Shown: positions 36,740-49,193 of the stretch, piece after piece
Numbering within the stretch: the first letter of the stretch is position 1
How the letters are laid out: every line of letters starts with the position of its first letter
Assembly: GCF_963921235.1 (NCBI RefSeq)
Contig: NC_086100.1
Span: 49,352,001 to 49,416,000, forward strand
From: Mobula hypostoma
Lineage: Eukaryota
Length of the DNA: 64,000 nucleotides
Reading direction: 5' to 3'
Program-made: the position numbers and the translations under genes
The notes under the pieces: generated by a model
What the model was told of the DNA's origin: nothing
Databases searched by the model: none
Seen by the model: only the letters and a program-made list of their open reading frames with translations

Positions 36740-39700
36740 ACTTTAATGCACCTTTAAATCAATTTATGATCTACAGATTTCACAATCGTCTGAAGGACAG
36801 CGAACTAAGCAGGTATGGCACCTTTAAGGAGATGAAAGTTCATTGCCATGGCTGGCAGTGACGTGGAGGGGGAGGGGGAGAAAATCTCCAGGCCAGGATG
36901 AAACACAGAGGGGCCCCCCCACCCCCGCCTGCCACCTCATCCAGCATCATTAGCAAATGTGCATCATTGGAGAACAAGATTGAGGGCCTGAGGGCAAGAG
37001 TGCTGTATCGGAGGGCAGTGAGGGATTATTGCTTTCTATGTCTGAGCGAGACACTGCTTTCTCCCAACAGCGATCAGACTGGAAGGTTGTCAGTTTACAG
37101 AATGGATTGAATTGCTGATTTGAAAAAGGCAAAGGGTGGAGGTGTGTGCTTCATGATAAAATCTCGGTGCTCTGATGTATCAGTTTTGTCGAACTCCTGT
37201 TCCTCCGACTTTATACACCAACGGTCAAATACCGCCCATTCTATTTTTACTGCATGAGTGGGCCAGTGAAGGAGTGGAGCTTTGAGACTTTCACTTGAGA
37301 GGCTTCGACGAGAAGAGGCGGAGGACAAGCTTGCTCGCAGTTAGTTTTTACAATGTCTCCTGAGACGATGATGTGCCTCTCATGTGAGATGTGGCAGTCT
37401 TGGGGGAACTCCCCTCTCCTGCAGAGTCACATCTGCCAGAAGTGCATACGGCTGGGCGATCTGGAAGACCGTGTAAGGAATCTGGAGCAGCAGCTGGATG
37501 ACCTTCGACTCATAAGGGAGAATGAGGCATAGATGAGAGCTACAGGGAGGTAGTCACACCTAGGCTGTCAGAAGCAGGTCATTGGGTGACAGTCAGAGGG
37601 GGGAAGGTGAAGGTGAGCAGACAGGTAGTGCAGAGCACCCCTGTAGCCATTCCCCTGAGTAATAAGTTTACTGTCCTGGATACTGTTGGCGGGGACGACC
37701 GACCAGGTGTGACCCATGGTGGCAGGGCCTCCGGCACTGAGTCTGACCCTGTGGTGAAGAAGGGTGGGACGGAGAAGAGGAGAGCTGTTGTCATTGGAGA
37801 CTCTATAGTCAGGGGAGCAGACAGGAGATTTTGTGGACGTGAGAAGGACACCCGCATGGTTTGTTGCCTCCCGGGTGCCAGGGTCCGGGATGTCTCTGAC
37901 CGGGTGCACGACATCCTGGTACGAGAGGGAAAGCAACCAGAAGTCGTGATACATGTTGGGACCAACGACATAGGCAGGAAGAGGGATGAGGTCCTGAAGT
38001 GAGAGTTTCGGGAACTAGGCAGAAGGGTGAAGAACAGGACCTCAAGGGTGGCGTTCTCAGGATTGCTGCCAGTGCTACGTGACAGAGATGGTAAGAATTG
38101 GAGGAGATGGCAGTTGAATGCGTGGCTGAGGAGTTAGTGCAGGGAACAGGGTTTTAGATTTTTAGATCAAGGGGATCTCTTCTGGGGAAGGTGGGACCTG
38201 TACAGATTGGATGGGTTGCACCTGAACTCGAGGGGGAACAATATCCTTGCAGGTAGGTTTGCTAGCATGGTTCAGGAAGGTTTAAACTAATTTGCGAGGG
38301 GAATGGGACCCAGAGCGATAGAGCAGTGAAAGAAGTGCATGGAGTAAAGGTAGATCTAACATACAGAGAGGCTTTGAGGAAAGAGAAGCAGAATTAACGG
38401 TGTAAAGACAGTAAGGTAGAAGGGCTGAAATGTGTGTACCTCAATGCAAGAAGCATCAGGCACAAAGGTGATGAACTGAGAGCTTGGATACATACATGGA
38501 ATTACGATGTAGTGGCCATTATAGAGACTTGGCTGGCACCAGGGCAGGAATGGATTCTCAATATTCCTGGATTTTAGTGCTTTCAAAGGGATAGAGAGGG
38601 CGGAAAAAGGGGAGGAGGGGTGGCATTACTGGTCAGGGATACTACTACAGCTACAGAAAGGGTGGGACTCTTTTGAGTCAATATGGGTGGAAGTCAGGAA
38701 CAGGAAGGGAGCAGTTACTCTATTGGGGGTATTCTATAGGCCCCCTGGTAGCAGCAGAGATACAGAGGAGCAGATTGAGAGGCAGATTTTGGAAAGGTGC
38801 AAAAATAACAGGGTTGTTATCATGGGTGACTTTAACTTCCCTAATATTGATTGGCACCTGATTAGTTCCAAGGGTTTAGATGGGGCAGAGTTTGTTAAGT
38901 GTGTCCAGGACGGATTCCTGTCACAGTATGTGGACAGGCCGAGCAGGGGGAATGCCATACTCGATCTAGTACTAGGTAATGAACCGGGTCAGGTCACAGA
39001 TCTCTCAGTGGGTGCGTATCTGGGGGACAGTGACCACCACTCCCTGGCCTTTATAATTATCATGGAAAAGGAGAGAATCAGAGAGGACAGGAAAATTTTT
39101 AATTGGGGAAAGGCAAATTATGAGGCTATAAGGCTAGAACTTGCGGGTGTGAACTGGGATGATGTTTTTGCAGGGAAATGTACTACGGACATGTGGTCGA
39201 TGTTTAGAGATCGCTTGCGGGATGTTAGGGATAAATTTGTCCCGGTGAGGAAGATAAAGAATGGTAGGGTGAAGGAACCATGGGTGACAAGTGAGGTGGA
39301 AAATCTAGTCAGGTGGAAGAAGGCAGCATACATGAGGTTTAGGAAGCAAGGATCAGATGGGTCTATTGAGGAATACAGGGAAGCAAGTGAGAAGAGCAAG
39401 AAGGGGGCATGAGAAGGCCTTGGCGAGTAGGGTAAAGGAAAACCCCAAGGCATTCTTCAATTATGTGAAGAAAAAAAGGATGACAGGAGTAAAGGTAGGA
39501 CCGATTAGAGATAAAGGTGGAAAGATGTGCCTGGAGGCTGTCGAAGTGAGTGAGGTCCTCAATAAATACTTCTCTTCGGTATTCACCAATGAGAGGGAAC
39601 TTGATGATGGTGAGGACAATATGAGTGAGGTTGATGTTCTGGAGCATGTTGATATTAAGGGAGAGGAGGTGTTGGAGTTGTTAAAATACATTAGGACAGA

Positions 39701-42700
39701 TAAGTTCCCGGGGCTTGATGGAATATTCCCCAGGCTGCTCCACAAGGCGACAGAAGAGATTGCTGAGCCTCTGGCTGGGATCTTTATGTCCTCGTTGTCC
39801 ACGGGAATGGTACTGGAGGATTGGAGGGAGGCGAATGTTGTCTCCTTGTTCAAAAAAGGTAGTAGGGATAGTCCGGGTAATTATAGACCAGTGAGCCTTA
39901 CGTCTGTGATGGGAAAGCTGTTGGAAAAGATTGTTAGAGATAGGATCTATGGGCATTTAGAGAATCATGGTCTGATCAGGGACAGTCAGCATGGCTTTGT
40001 GAAGGGCAGATCGTGTCTAACAAGCCTGATAGAGCTCTTTGAGGAGGTGACCAGGAATATAGATGAGGGTAGTGCGGTGGATGTGATCTATATGGATTTT
40101 AGTAAGGCATTTGACAAGGTTCCACATGGTAGGTTTATTCAGAAAGTTAGAAGGCATGGGATCCAGGGACGTTTGGCCAGGTGGATTCAGAATTGGCTTG
40201 CCTGCAGGAGGCAGAGGGTAGTCGTGGAGGGAGTACATTCAGATTGGAGGATTGTGACTAGTGGTGACCCACAAGGATCTGTTCTGGGACCTCTACTTTT
40301 CGTGATTTTTATTAACAACCTGGATGTGGGGGTAGAAGGGTGGGTTGGCAAGTTTGCCGATGACACAAAGGTTTGTGGTGTTGTAGATAGCATAGAGGAT
40401 TGTCAAAGATTGCAGAGAGACATTGATAGGATGCAGGAGTGGGCTGAGAAGTGGCAGAGGGAGTTCAACCCGGAGAAGTGTGAGGTGGTACACTTTGGAA
40501 GGACAAACTCCAAGGCAGAGTACAAAGTAAATGGCAGGATACTTGGTAGTGTGGAGGAGCAGAGGGATCTGGGGGTACATGTCCACAGATCCCTGAAAGT
40601 TGCCTCACAGGTGGATAGGGTAGTTAAGAAAGCTTATGGGGTGTTAGCTTTCATAAGTCGAGGGATAGAGTTTAAGAGTTGCGATGTAATGATGCAGCTC
40701 TATAAAACTCTGGTTAGGCTACACTTGGAGTAATGTGTCCAGTTCTGGTCACCTCACTATAAGAAGGATGTGGAAGCATTGGAAAGGGTACAGAGGAGAT
40801 TTACCAGGATGCTGCCTGGTTTAGAAAGTATGCATTATGATCAGAGATTAAGGGAGCTAGGGCTTTACTCTTTGGAGAGAAGGAGGATGAGAGGAGACAT
40901 GATAGAGGTGTACAAGATAATAAGAGGAATAGATAGAGTGGATAGCCAGCACCTCTTCCCCAAGGCACCACTGCTCGATACAAGAGGACATGGCTTTAAG
41001 GTAAGGGGTGGGAAGTTCAAGGGGGATATTAGAGGAAGGTTTTTTACTCAGAGAGTGGTTGGTGTGTGGAATGCACTGCCTGAGTCAGTGGTGGAGGCAG
41101 ATACACTAGTGAAGTTTAAGAGACTACTAGACAGGTATATGGAGGAATTTAAGGTGGGGGCTTATATGGGAGGCAGGGTTTGAGGGTCAGCACAACATTG
41201 TGGGCCGAAGGGCCTGTACTGTGCTGTACTATTCTATGTTCTATTTACCTGAGAAGTTCTCCTCTGTAATCCTGACCACAGTTAACGTAGAATTAGCAGC
41301 CGACTATAATCAAGCGCTTGAGATAGTGCATGATGCCATCTCCAAACAAGAAGCAGTTCATCCTGATGAATTTCAAATCATAGTTGGGGATTGCAACCAG
41401 GCTTGTTCGAAGCAATCCCTGCCCAGTTACCATCAGCATATAACCTGTAGCACCAGAGGATCCAACACACTGGACCACTGTTATAATAAGATAGGGAATG
41501 CCTACCGTTCCATGCCCAGACCACATTTTGGGAAGTCTGATCACTCGGCTCTCCTCCTTCTACCTGCATACAGGCAGAAACTGAAGAACAAAGTTCCAGA
41601 GATTAGGACAACAAAGAGGTGGTTGCGGGAAGCTCAAGACCAGCTACGAGTCAGTGGACTCGGCTATGTTCAAGGACTCATCTGTGGATCTGAATGAAAA
41701 CACCATGGCTGTCACAACTTTATTAAGACAGTTGTAAGCAAGTGTGTCCACACAAAGTCAGAGTCTTCCCCAACCAGAAGCCCTGAATGAACCATGAGAT
41801 CTGCAATCTGCTGAGGGCCAGATCAGAGGCATTCAAGTCTGGTGCGAAAGGAAGTTACACAAAGTCCAGGTAAGACCCTCAGAAAGCCATTTCACAGGCA
41901 AAGTGGCAACTGTGGACTAAACTTAAGTCCACGAAGGACGCTTGACAGTTGTGGCAGGGCTCGATTACTATCACCTCTTATAAAGTTAAATCAAGGAACA
42001 TAGGCAACAACAGGGCTTTGTTTCCAAGTGAAATCAATGCTCTCTATGCTTGTTTTGACCATCTAATAATGGAGGAACTATCACGAACTTCCTTCGATGA
42101 TCCTAAGATTTCAGTCTCTGAGGCCGATCTCTGAGCCTTCAGAAGGGTGAAAACTATGCAGACCAGACGGGGTACCTGGCCAAGTATTAAAAACCTGTAC
42201 CGATCAAATGACTGGAGTGTTCACTGAGATCTTTAACCTCTCACTTCAGCAGTCTGAGATACCCACCGGCCTCAAGCAGGCTTCAATCATACAAGTGCCT
42301 AAGATAAATGTGGTAACCTGCCTCGATGGTGATCATCCAGCAGCACTTCCATCCACAGTGATAAGTGTTTTGAGAGGCTAGTGATGGATATATCAACTCC
42401 TGCCCAAGAAGCAACTTGGGTCTGCTCCAATATGCCTACTGGAGCAACAGGTCCACAGCAGATGCCACCTCTCTGACTCTTCACTCAACCCTGGAACAGC
42501 TGGACAGCAAAGATGCAGGATGCTCTTTATCAACTACAGGCCAGCACTCAATATCATCATCCCCACAAAAATAATCAATAAGCTTCAAGACCTTGGCCTC
42601 ATTACCTTCTTGTGCAATTGGATCCTTGATTTCCTCACTTGCAGACCCCAGTCAGATTGGCTTGGCAACAACATCTCCTCCACGGTCTCCATCAGCATGG

Positions 42701-43712
42701 GTGCACCTTAAGGCTCTACTTGCTTTACACTTATGACTATGGGGCTAAGCACAGCTCCAATGCCATATTCAATATAACTGACAACATCATTGTCATAGCT
42801 TTAATCAAAGGTGGTGACAAATCAGCACATAGGAGAGAAGGTGAAAATCTGTCTGAGTGGTGCCATAACAACAACCTCTTACACAATGTCAGCAAGACCA
42901 AGGAGCTGATTATTGATTTCAGGAGGAGGAAACCAGAGGTCCATGAACTAGTCCTCATTGAAGGATCAGAGGTGGAGAGGGTCAGCAACTTTAAATTCTT
43001 CGATGTTATTATTTTGGAGGACCTGTCCTGAACCCAGAATGTAAGTGCACTTACGAAGAAGCGTGGCAGCACCTCTACTTCCTTAGGAGCTTGTGAAGAT
43101 TTGGCATGGCATCTAAAATTTCCACCAAGTTTTATAGATGTGTAGCAGAGAGTCTATTGACCGGCTGCATCACAGCCTGGTATGGAAACACCAATGCCCT
43201 TAAACAGAAAATCCTACGAAAGTAGATGATACAGCTCCCCTCCATCACCATTGAGCACATGTTCATGGAGCGCTGTCACAGGAAAGCTGCATCCATCATC
43301 AAGGACCCCCACTACGTAGGTCACACCTTCTTCTCACTGCTGCCATCAGGAAGGTGGTACAGGAGCTTTAGCACCCACACCACCAAGTTCAGAAATAGTC
43401 ATTACCTCCCAAACATCAGGCTCTTGAACCAGAGAGGATAACTTCACTTGCCCATCATTGAACTGTTCCCACAACCTATAGACTCACTTTCAGGGACTCT
43501 TCATCTCATGTTCTCCATATTTATTGCTTATTTCTTTCTTATTATTATTTCTTTCTTTTCATATTTTGTTCTTTTGCACACTGGCGGAACTGGTCTTTCA
43601 TGGTTATTATTCTACCATGGATTTATTGAGTATGCCTGCAAGGAAATGAATTGCAAGGTTGTATATGGTGACACAGATACAGTTTGATAATAAATTTACT
43701 TTGACCTTTGAA
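36740..43712 (+). mobile_element. long Rex1/Babar-type LINE (endonuclease to 3' tail) split by a full-length CR1
   Basis: APE motifs (SLENKIEGLR, CLSET; then FYLPEKFSSVILT, TRGSNTLDHCY, FGKSDH) continue across the CR1; RT remnants 42150-43440; tail AATAAATTTACTTTGACCTTTGAACTTT. Confidence 0.85.
37247..41246 (+). mobile_element. near full-length CR1 LINE (ORF1 zinc finger/coiled coil/SGNH esterase; ORF2 APE + RT), pseudogenised
   Basis: ORF1 from ATG 37353 (CxxC..CxxC, VIGDSIVRG, CLPGA, IHVGTND, DGLHLN). ORF2 YLNARS, GDFNFP, GDSDH, and a 458-aa RT segment with KFADDTK. Several stops and frameshifts. TTCTATTT repeated at 37239 and 41239. Confidence 0.95.
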
Positions 43713-43804
43713 CTTTAAAAATGTTCGAAACAGTTAGGAGGTCAGGCAACAACGGTGAAGAAAGAAACAAGAGCTCATGGTTAAACTGATGCATGACATT
43801 TTAT

Positions 43805-44034
43805 CAACACACATCAAAGTTGCTGGTGAACACAGCAGGCCAGGCAGCATCTGTAGGAAGAGGTGCAGTCGACGTTTCAGGCCGAGACCCTTCGTCAGGA
43901 CTAACCTGACAAAGGATCTCGGCCTGAAACGTCGACTGCACCTCTTCCTACAGATGCTGCCTGGCCTGCTGAGTTCACCAGCAACTTTGATGTGTGTTGC
44001 TTGAATTTCCAGCATCTGCAGAATTCCTGTTGTT
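43805..44034. mobile_element. short palindromic Penelope 3'-end insertion in NDUFB5 intron 1
   Basis: ~95-100 bp inverted arms (43805-43904 and 43905-44000), 34-nt tail 44001-44034, 14-bp TSD CATGACATTTTATC at 43792-43805 and 44035-44048. Near-identical to the ends of the 46.3-49.3 kb element. Confidence 0.9.
43867..43902 (-). ncRNA. minimal hammerhead ribozyme, intact core, sense to NDUFB5
   Basis: Reverse complement gives the same 36-nt motif as 17357-17392. Confidence 0.78.
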
Positions 44035-44278
44035 CATGACATTTTATCCGTGGCTCTTTAAGAAAGGTCGCACATCTGAAACGCTGGCTCTCTATAGACT
44101 TCCTATAATTATTATCCTTGACACTACTTTTGCAGACACCCAATCTACAGCAGTTCAACATTGACGGTCGATGGCCGCTCTCCTTCGGGCCTCATTCGAC
44201 CCGAACTGCACCATGCAAGGTCAACCACTTCCCCAGCAAAGACACCCACAATTAACTGATGAATAATGTCAACCATAC

Positions 44279-44393
44279 CGTCGGGCCTGGCTAAGGGCCG
44301 AAGCAGGGTTTTCTCAGTCACATACTTCGGTTTAATGGGAAGTCGTCGTGCCAAAAGAGCAGTCGCCGTCCGCAACACACTCAGCACGGCCAT
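44279..44393 (-). CDS. NDUFB5: NDUFB5 exon 1 (mitochondrial presequence)
   Basis: MAVLSVLRTATALLARRLPIKPKYVTEKTLLRPLARPD plus G, then donor GTATGG. Phase 1 joins exon 2. Lies in a CpG island. Confidence 0.88.
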
Positions 44394-44731
44394 GTTTGTT
44401 ATTCCCTACCGACGTTGCCGGAAGTAAGAGTGAAGCTACCAATCGCCATCTTTAGTTAAGGCCATGAGTGCTGGAACAGTGCGCGACTTTGTGATGTCAT
44501 TAACCGGGCAAGGTCAAATCTGGGCCGAGGAGAACGGCAAGCTACTCCATGAAAGATCCAACGCTGTGGTGGTTTCAGATACTGTATTATATATAAAATG
44601 CATGTCAATGTGAGATCAGTTTGATACATATCTGCATTTGCGATCCTCAAAACAGACCGGGGTTAAGGAGAGCCAATCAGCGGCTGGTTGCCCGGGTAGC
44701 GGCGTCGCGGTGCCTTGTGGGATGATGCAAC
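44394..44731. promoter_or_regulatory. bidirectional CpG-island promoter shared by NDUFB5 and MRPL47
   Basis: Divergent ATGs 338 bp apart. ETS/GABP CCGGAAGT 44418-44425, CCAAT 44439, YY1-like CGCCATCTT 44444-44452, CRE-like TGATGTCA 44492-44499, nuclear-receptor half-site CAAGGTCA 44509-44516, NF-Y AGCCAATCAG 44671-44680. Confidence 0.85.
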
Positions 44732-44826
44732 ATGGCGGCGCGTGTGGCGAACTGGTGTAACCGGATGGTGGGGATGGTCAGGTTGAGCTTCGGTAACCGC
44801 ATGGCGGTGGTCGCCCGCTCCACACC
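44732..44826 (+). CDS. MRPL47: MRPL47 exon 1 (mitochondrial presequence)
   Basis: MAARVANWCNRMVGMVRLSFGNRMAVVARST plus CC, donor GTGAGT; phase 2 matches exon 2; Kozak AACATGG. Confidence 0.85.
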
Positions 44827-45186
44827 GTGAGTAACTCGGCTTCCCGCCGCGGCAGGGCTTGAGGTCAACACAAATTCTGTTGTAGAGGAACATCTCCCAA
44901 GTCCTATAGTGAAGTAACTGGAGAGGTGTAGGCTATACACAAACTTTTCACAGGTTGACAGCAATGGCTGTTTTAGTTCGGCTGAATGAAGTAACGATTG
45001 GATATCATAGTGCTGAACGATATTTGCTTGCATAATGGGCTAGAAAGAAGAGAATGGGAATAACATTGTTATATTTTGGCTGGGAGATTTGACCAGTGGG
45101 ACGTTGCAGGGATTAGAGCGAGATTCCAGCCACTCCGTGACGCGTTTGGGGAATTAAGTGTACTCTTCAAGTTTGTCTGCTTGAAA

Positions 45187-45250
45187 GTTGAGTGAGTGAG
45201 TGAGTGTGTGTGTGAGAGAGAGAGAGACGGAAAGAAAGAAAGGGAAAGGG
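45187..45250. repeat. compound microsatellite (TGAG)n(TG)n(GA)n
   Basis: Directly visible. Confidence 0.85.
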
Positions 45251-45254
45251 GTGT

Positions 45255-45790
45255 AGGGTATTGCTTTATTATTGTCATATGTAGCCAGATGTCGTGAGTA
45301 GCTTGTCTTGCATTCTGTTCGTACAGATCAAAAACGTTACACGGTGCATTGAGGTAGAACAAGATAAAACAGTAACAAATCATGTAAAATGTAACAGCTA
45401 CGAGAAAATGCAGTGCAGGTAAACAATAAAGTACAAGATCATAACGAGGTAGATTGTGGGGTCAAAAGTCCATCTTATGCTACAAGGGAACCATCCAATA
45501 GTTTTATTACAGCACGGTAGAAGCTGTTCTTGAGCCTGCTGGTATATGCATTCAGGGTTTTGTAAATTCTGTCTGATGGGAGAGGGGAGAATGGGAATGT
45601 TTTTAATTATGCTGGGTGCTTTACTGAGGCAGTGTGAAGTATAGTCAGAGTCCATAAAGGGAACTCTAGATGTCCTTGATGTGTTGCACTGTGTCCACAA
45701 TTTTGCAGTTTTTTTTTGTGGTCACATGCAGAGCAGTTGCCGTTATGCTTCCTAAGGTGTATTGATTAAAAATTGATAAGGCTCAATGGG
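45255..45790 (-). mobile_element. Rex1-type LINE 3' remnant
   Basis: YTSHCLSKAPSIIK; tail TTTATTATTGTCA on the + strand. Confidence 0.7.
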
Positions 45791-46368
45791 GTAAGCCAGA
45801 TAGGTGATTTCAGAGGCTTCAGGGCATCTTGAGATTGCCTGGCATGTCTTGCAGGTTTTAAGTCAAAAATGTGAGTTGTTAGCTCTGTTTCTGTTGGAGG
45901 ACGTTGCCTGCTGCTTTGTGCGTTGTCTTTTTGCTTCAGATTTCCAACACTGCAGTTTTTTCGCTTTTCAATCCCTGGACAGATATGATAGGTTGGGAGC
46001 CAGGGAGACTCTGAGGTTGATTTATTGAAGGGAAATTGGTGACAAAATGTAATGTGTTACAATTAGCAACACAAGATATGCTAATGGAGAGGTAAAATAT
46101 CACAAACTGATGATCTGCAACACAAACAACAGACAAAACAAACTGTTTGCCTCCAGATTAGGAATAAGACTAAAAGTTTAGAAAAGGATTAGAGTTTAAT
46201 TTAAGGCAATCTGGCGACAAATTGAAAAGGCTGGTGAAGGGGTTATATTTGAATTTGTAGAGTATATGTGGTAAGGTAGATGATCTTGTAGTACAATTAG
46301 ATATTGCAACATACATCAAAGTTGCTGGTGAACGCAGCAGGCCAAGCAGCATCTGTAGGAAGAGGCGC

Positions 46369-46404
46369 AGTCGACGTTTCAGGCCGAGACCCTTCGTCAG
46401 GACT
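46369..46404 (-). ncRNA. minimal hammerhead ribozyme, intact core, antisense to MRPL47
   Basis: Reverse complement gives the same 36-nt motif as 17357-17392. Confidence 0.78.
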
Positions 46405-49157
46405 AACTGAAGGAAGAGTGAGTAAGGGATTTGAAAGTTGGAGGGGGAGGGGGAGATCCAAAATGATAGGAGAAGACAGGAGGGGGAGGGATAGAGCCGA
46501 GAGCTGGACAGGTGATAGGCAAAAGGGGATACGAGAGGATCATGGGACAGGAGGTCCGGGAAGAAAGACAAGGGGGGGGAGGTGACCCACAGGTTGGGCA
46601 AGAGGTATATTCAGAGGGACAGAGGGAGAAAAAGGAGAGTGAGAGAAAGAATGTGTGCATAAAAATGAGTAACAGATGGGGTACGAGGGGGAGGTGGGGC
46701 CTTAGCGGAAGTTAGAGAAGTCGATGTTCATGCCATCAGGTTGGAGGCTACCCAGACGGAATATAAGGTGTTGTTCCACCAACCTGAGTGTGGCTTCATC
46801 TTTACAGTAGAGGAGGCCGTGGATAGACATGTCAGAATGGGAATGGGATGTGGAATTAAAATGTGTGGCCACTGGGAGATCCTGCTTTCTCTGGCGGACA
46901 GAGCATAGATGTTCAGCAAAGCGGTCTCCCCGTCTGCGTCGGGTCTCACCAATATATAAAAGGCCACATCGGGAGCACCGGACGCAGTATATCATCCCAG
47001 TCGACTCACAGGTGAAGTGATGCCTCACCTGGAAGGACTGTTTGGGGCCCTGAATGGTGGTAAGGGAGGAAGTGTAAGGGCATGTGTAGCACTTGTTCCG
47101 CTTACACGGATAAGTGCCAGGAGGGAGATCAGTGGGGAGGGATGGGGGGGACGAATGGACAAGGGAGTTGTGTAGGGAGCGATCCCTGCGGACTGCAGAG
47201 AGAGTGGGGGAGGGAAAGATGTGCTTAGTGGTGGGATCCCGTTGGAGGTGGCGGAAGTTACGGAGAATAATAATATGTTGGACCCGGAGGCTGGTGGGGT
47301 GGTAGGTGAGGACCAGGGGAACCCTATTCCTAGTGGGGTGGTGGGAGGATGGAGTGAGAGCAGATGTACGTGAAATAGGGGAGATGCGTTTAAGAGCAGA
47401 GTTGATAGTGGAGGAAGGGAAGCCCCTTTCTTTAAAAAAGGAAGACATCTCCCTCGTCCTAGAATGAAAAGCCTCATCCTGAGAGCAGATGCGGCGGAGA
47501 CGGAGGAATTGCGAGAAGGGGATGGCATTTTTGCAAGAGACAGGGTGAGAAGAGGAGTAGTCCAGATAGCTGTGAGAGTCAGTAGGCTTATAGTAGACAT
47601 CAGTGGATAAGCTGTCTCCAGAGACAGAGACAGAAAGATCTAGAAAGGGGAGGGAGGTGTCGGAAATGGACCAGGTAAACTTGAGGGCAGGGTGAAAGTT
47701 GGAGGCAAATGTTAATAAAGTCAACGAGTTCTGCATGCGTGCAGGAAGCAGCAACCTATTCTGGTATCTGTCCCCCACTTTTCCTTCGCTACATCGACGA
47801 CTGCATTGGCGCTGCTTCCTGCACGCATGCAGAACTCGTTGACTTTATTAACTTTGCCTCCAACTTTCACCCTGCCCTCAAGTTTACCTGGTCCATTTCC
47901 GACACCTCCCTCCCCTTTCTAGATCTTTCTGTCTCTGTCTCTGGAGACAGCTTATCCACTGATGTCTACTATAAGCCTACTGACTCTCACAGCTATCTGG
48001 ACTATTCCTCTTCTCACCCTGTCTCTTGCAAAAACGCCACCCCCTTCTCGCAATTCCTCCGTCTCCGCCGCATCTGCTCTCAGGATGAGGCTTTTCATTC
48101 TAGGACGAGGGAGATGTCTTCCTTTTTTAAAGAAAGGGGCTTCCCTTCCTCCACTATCAACTCTGCTCTTAAACGCATCTCCCCCATTTCACGTACATCT
48201 GCTCTCACTCCATCCTCCCACCACCCCACTAGGAATAGGGTTCCCCTGGTCCTCACCTACCACCCCACCAGCCTCCGGGTCCAACATATTATTATTCTCC
48301 GTAACTTCCGCCACCTCCAACGGGATCCCACCACTAAGCACATCTTTCCCTCCCCCCCTCTCTCTGCATTCCGCAGGGATCGCTCCCTACACAACTCCCT
48401 TGTCCATTCGTCCCCCCCATCCCTCCCCACTGATCTCCCTCCTGGCACTTATCTGTGTAAGCGGAACAAGTGCTACACATGCCCTTACACTTCCTCCCCT
48501 ACCACCATTCAGGGCCCCAAACAGTCCTTCCAGGTGAGGCATCACTTCACCTGTGAGTCGACTGGGGTGATATACTACGTCCGGTGCTTCCGATGTGGCC
48601 TTTTATATATTGACGAGACCCGACGCAGACTGGGAGACCGTTTTGCTGAACATCTATGCTCTGTCCGCCAGAGAAAGCAGGATCTCCCAGTGGCCACACA
48701 TTTTAATTCCACATCCCATTCCCATTCTGATATGTCTATCCACGGCCTCTCTACTGTAAGGATGAAGCCACACTCAGGTTGGAGGAACAACACCTTATAT
48801 TCCATCTGGGTAGCCTCCAACCTGATGGCATGAACATCGACTTCTCTAACTTCCGCTAAGGCCCCACCTCCCCCTCGTACCCCATCTGTTACTCATTTTT
48901 ATGCACACATTCTTTCTCTCACTCTCCTTTTTCTCCCTCTGTCCCTCTGAATATACCTCTTGCCCATCCTGTGGGTCACCTCCCCCCCCCCCCTCTTTCT
49001 TCCCGGACCTCCTGTCCCATGATCCTCTCGTATCCCCTTTTGCCTATCACCTGTCCAGCTCTCGGCTCTATCCCTCCCCCTCCTGTCTTCTCCTATCATT
49101 TTGGATCTCCCCCTCCCCCTCCAACTTTCAAATCCCTTACTCACTCTTCCTTCAGTT

Positions 49158-49193
49158 AGTCCAGACGAAGGGTCTCGGCCTGAAACGTCGACT
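49158..49193 (+). ncRNA. hammerhead motif with a core mutation (CAGACGA), probably impaired
   Basis: Same motif, but U4 of CUGANGA is changed to A at 49163. Confidence 0.65.

Noticed and set aside
46702-48833. Two long divergent ORFs (358 and 374 aa) as a novel host gene pair
   Set aside because: Both are the same truncated Penelope RT/GIY-YIG C-terminus. Their N-termini arise by reading across the inversion junction, and the + copy is frameshifted near its end.
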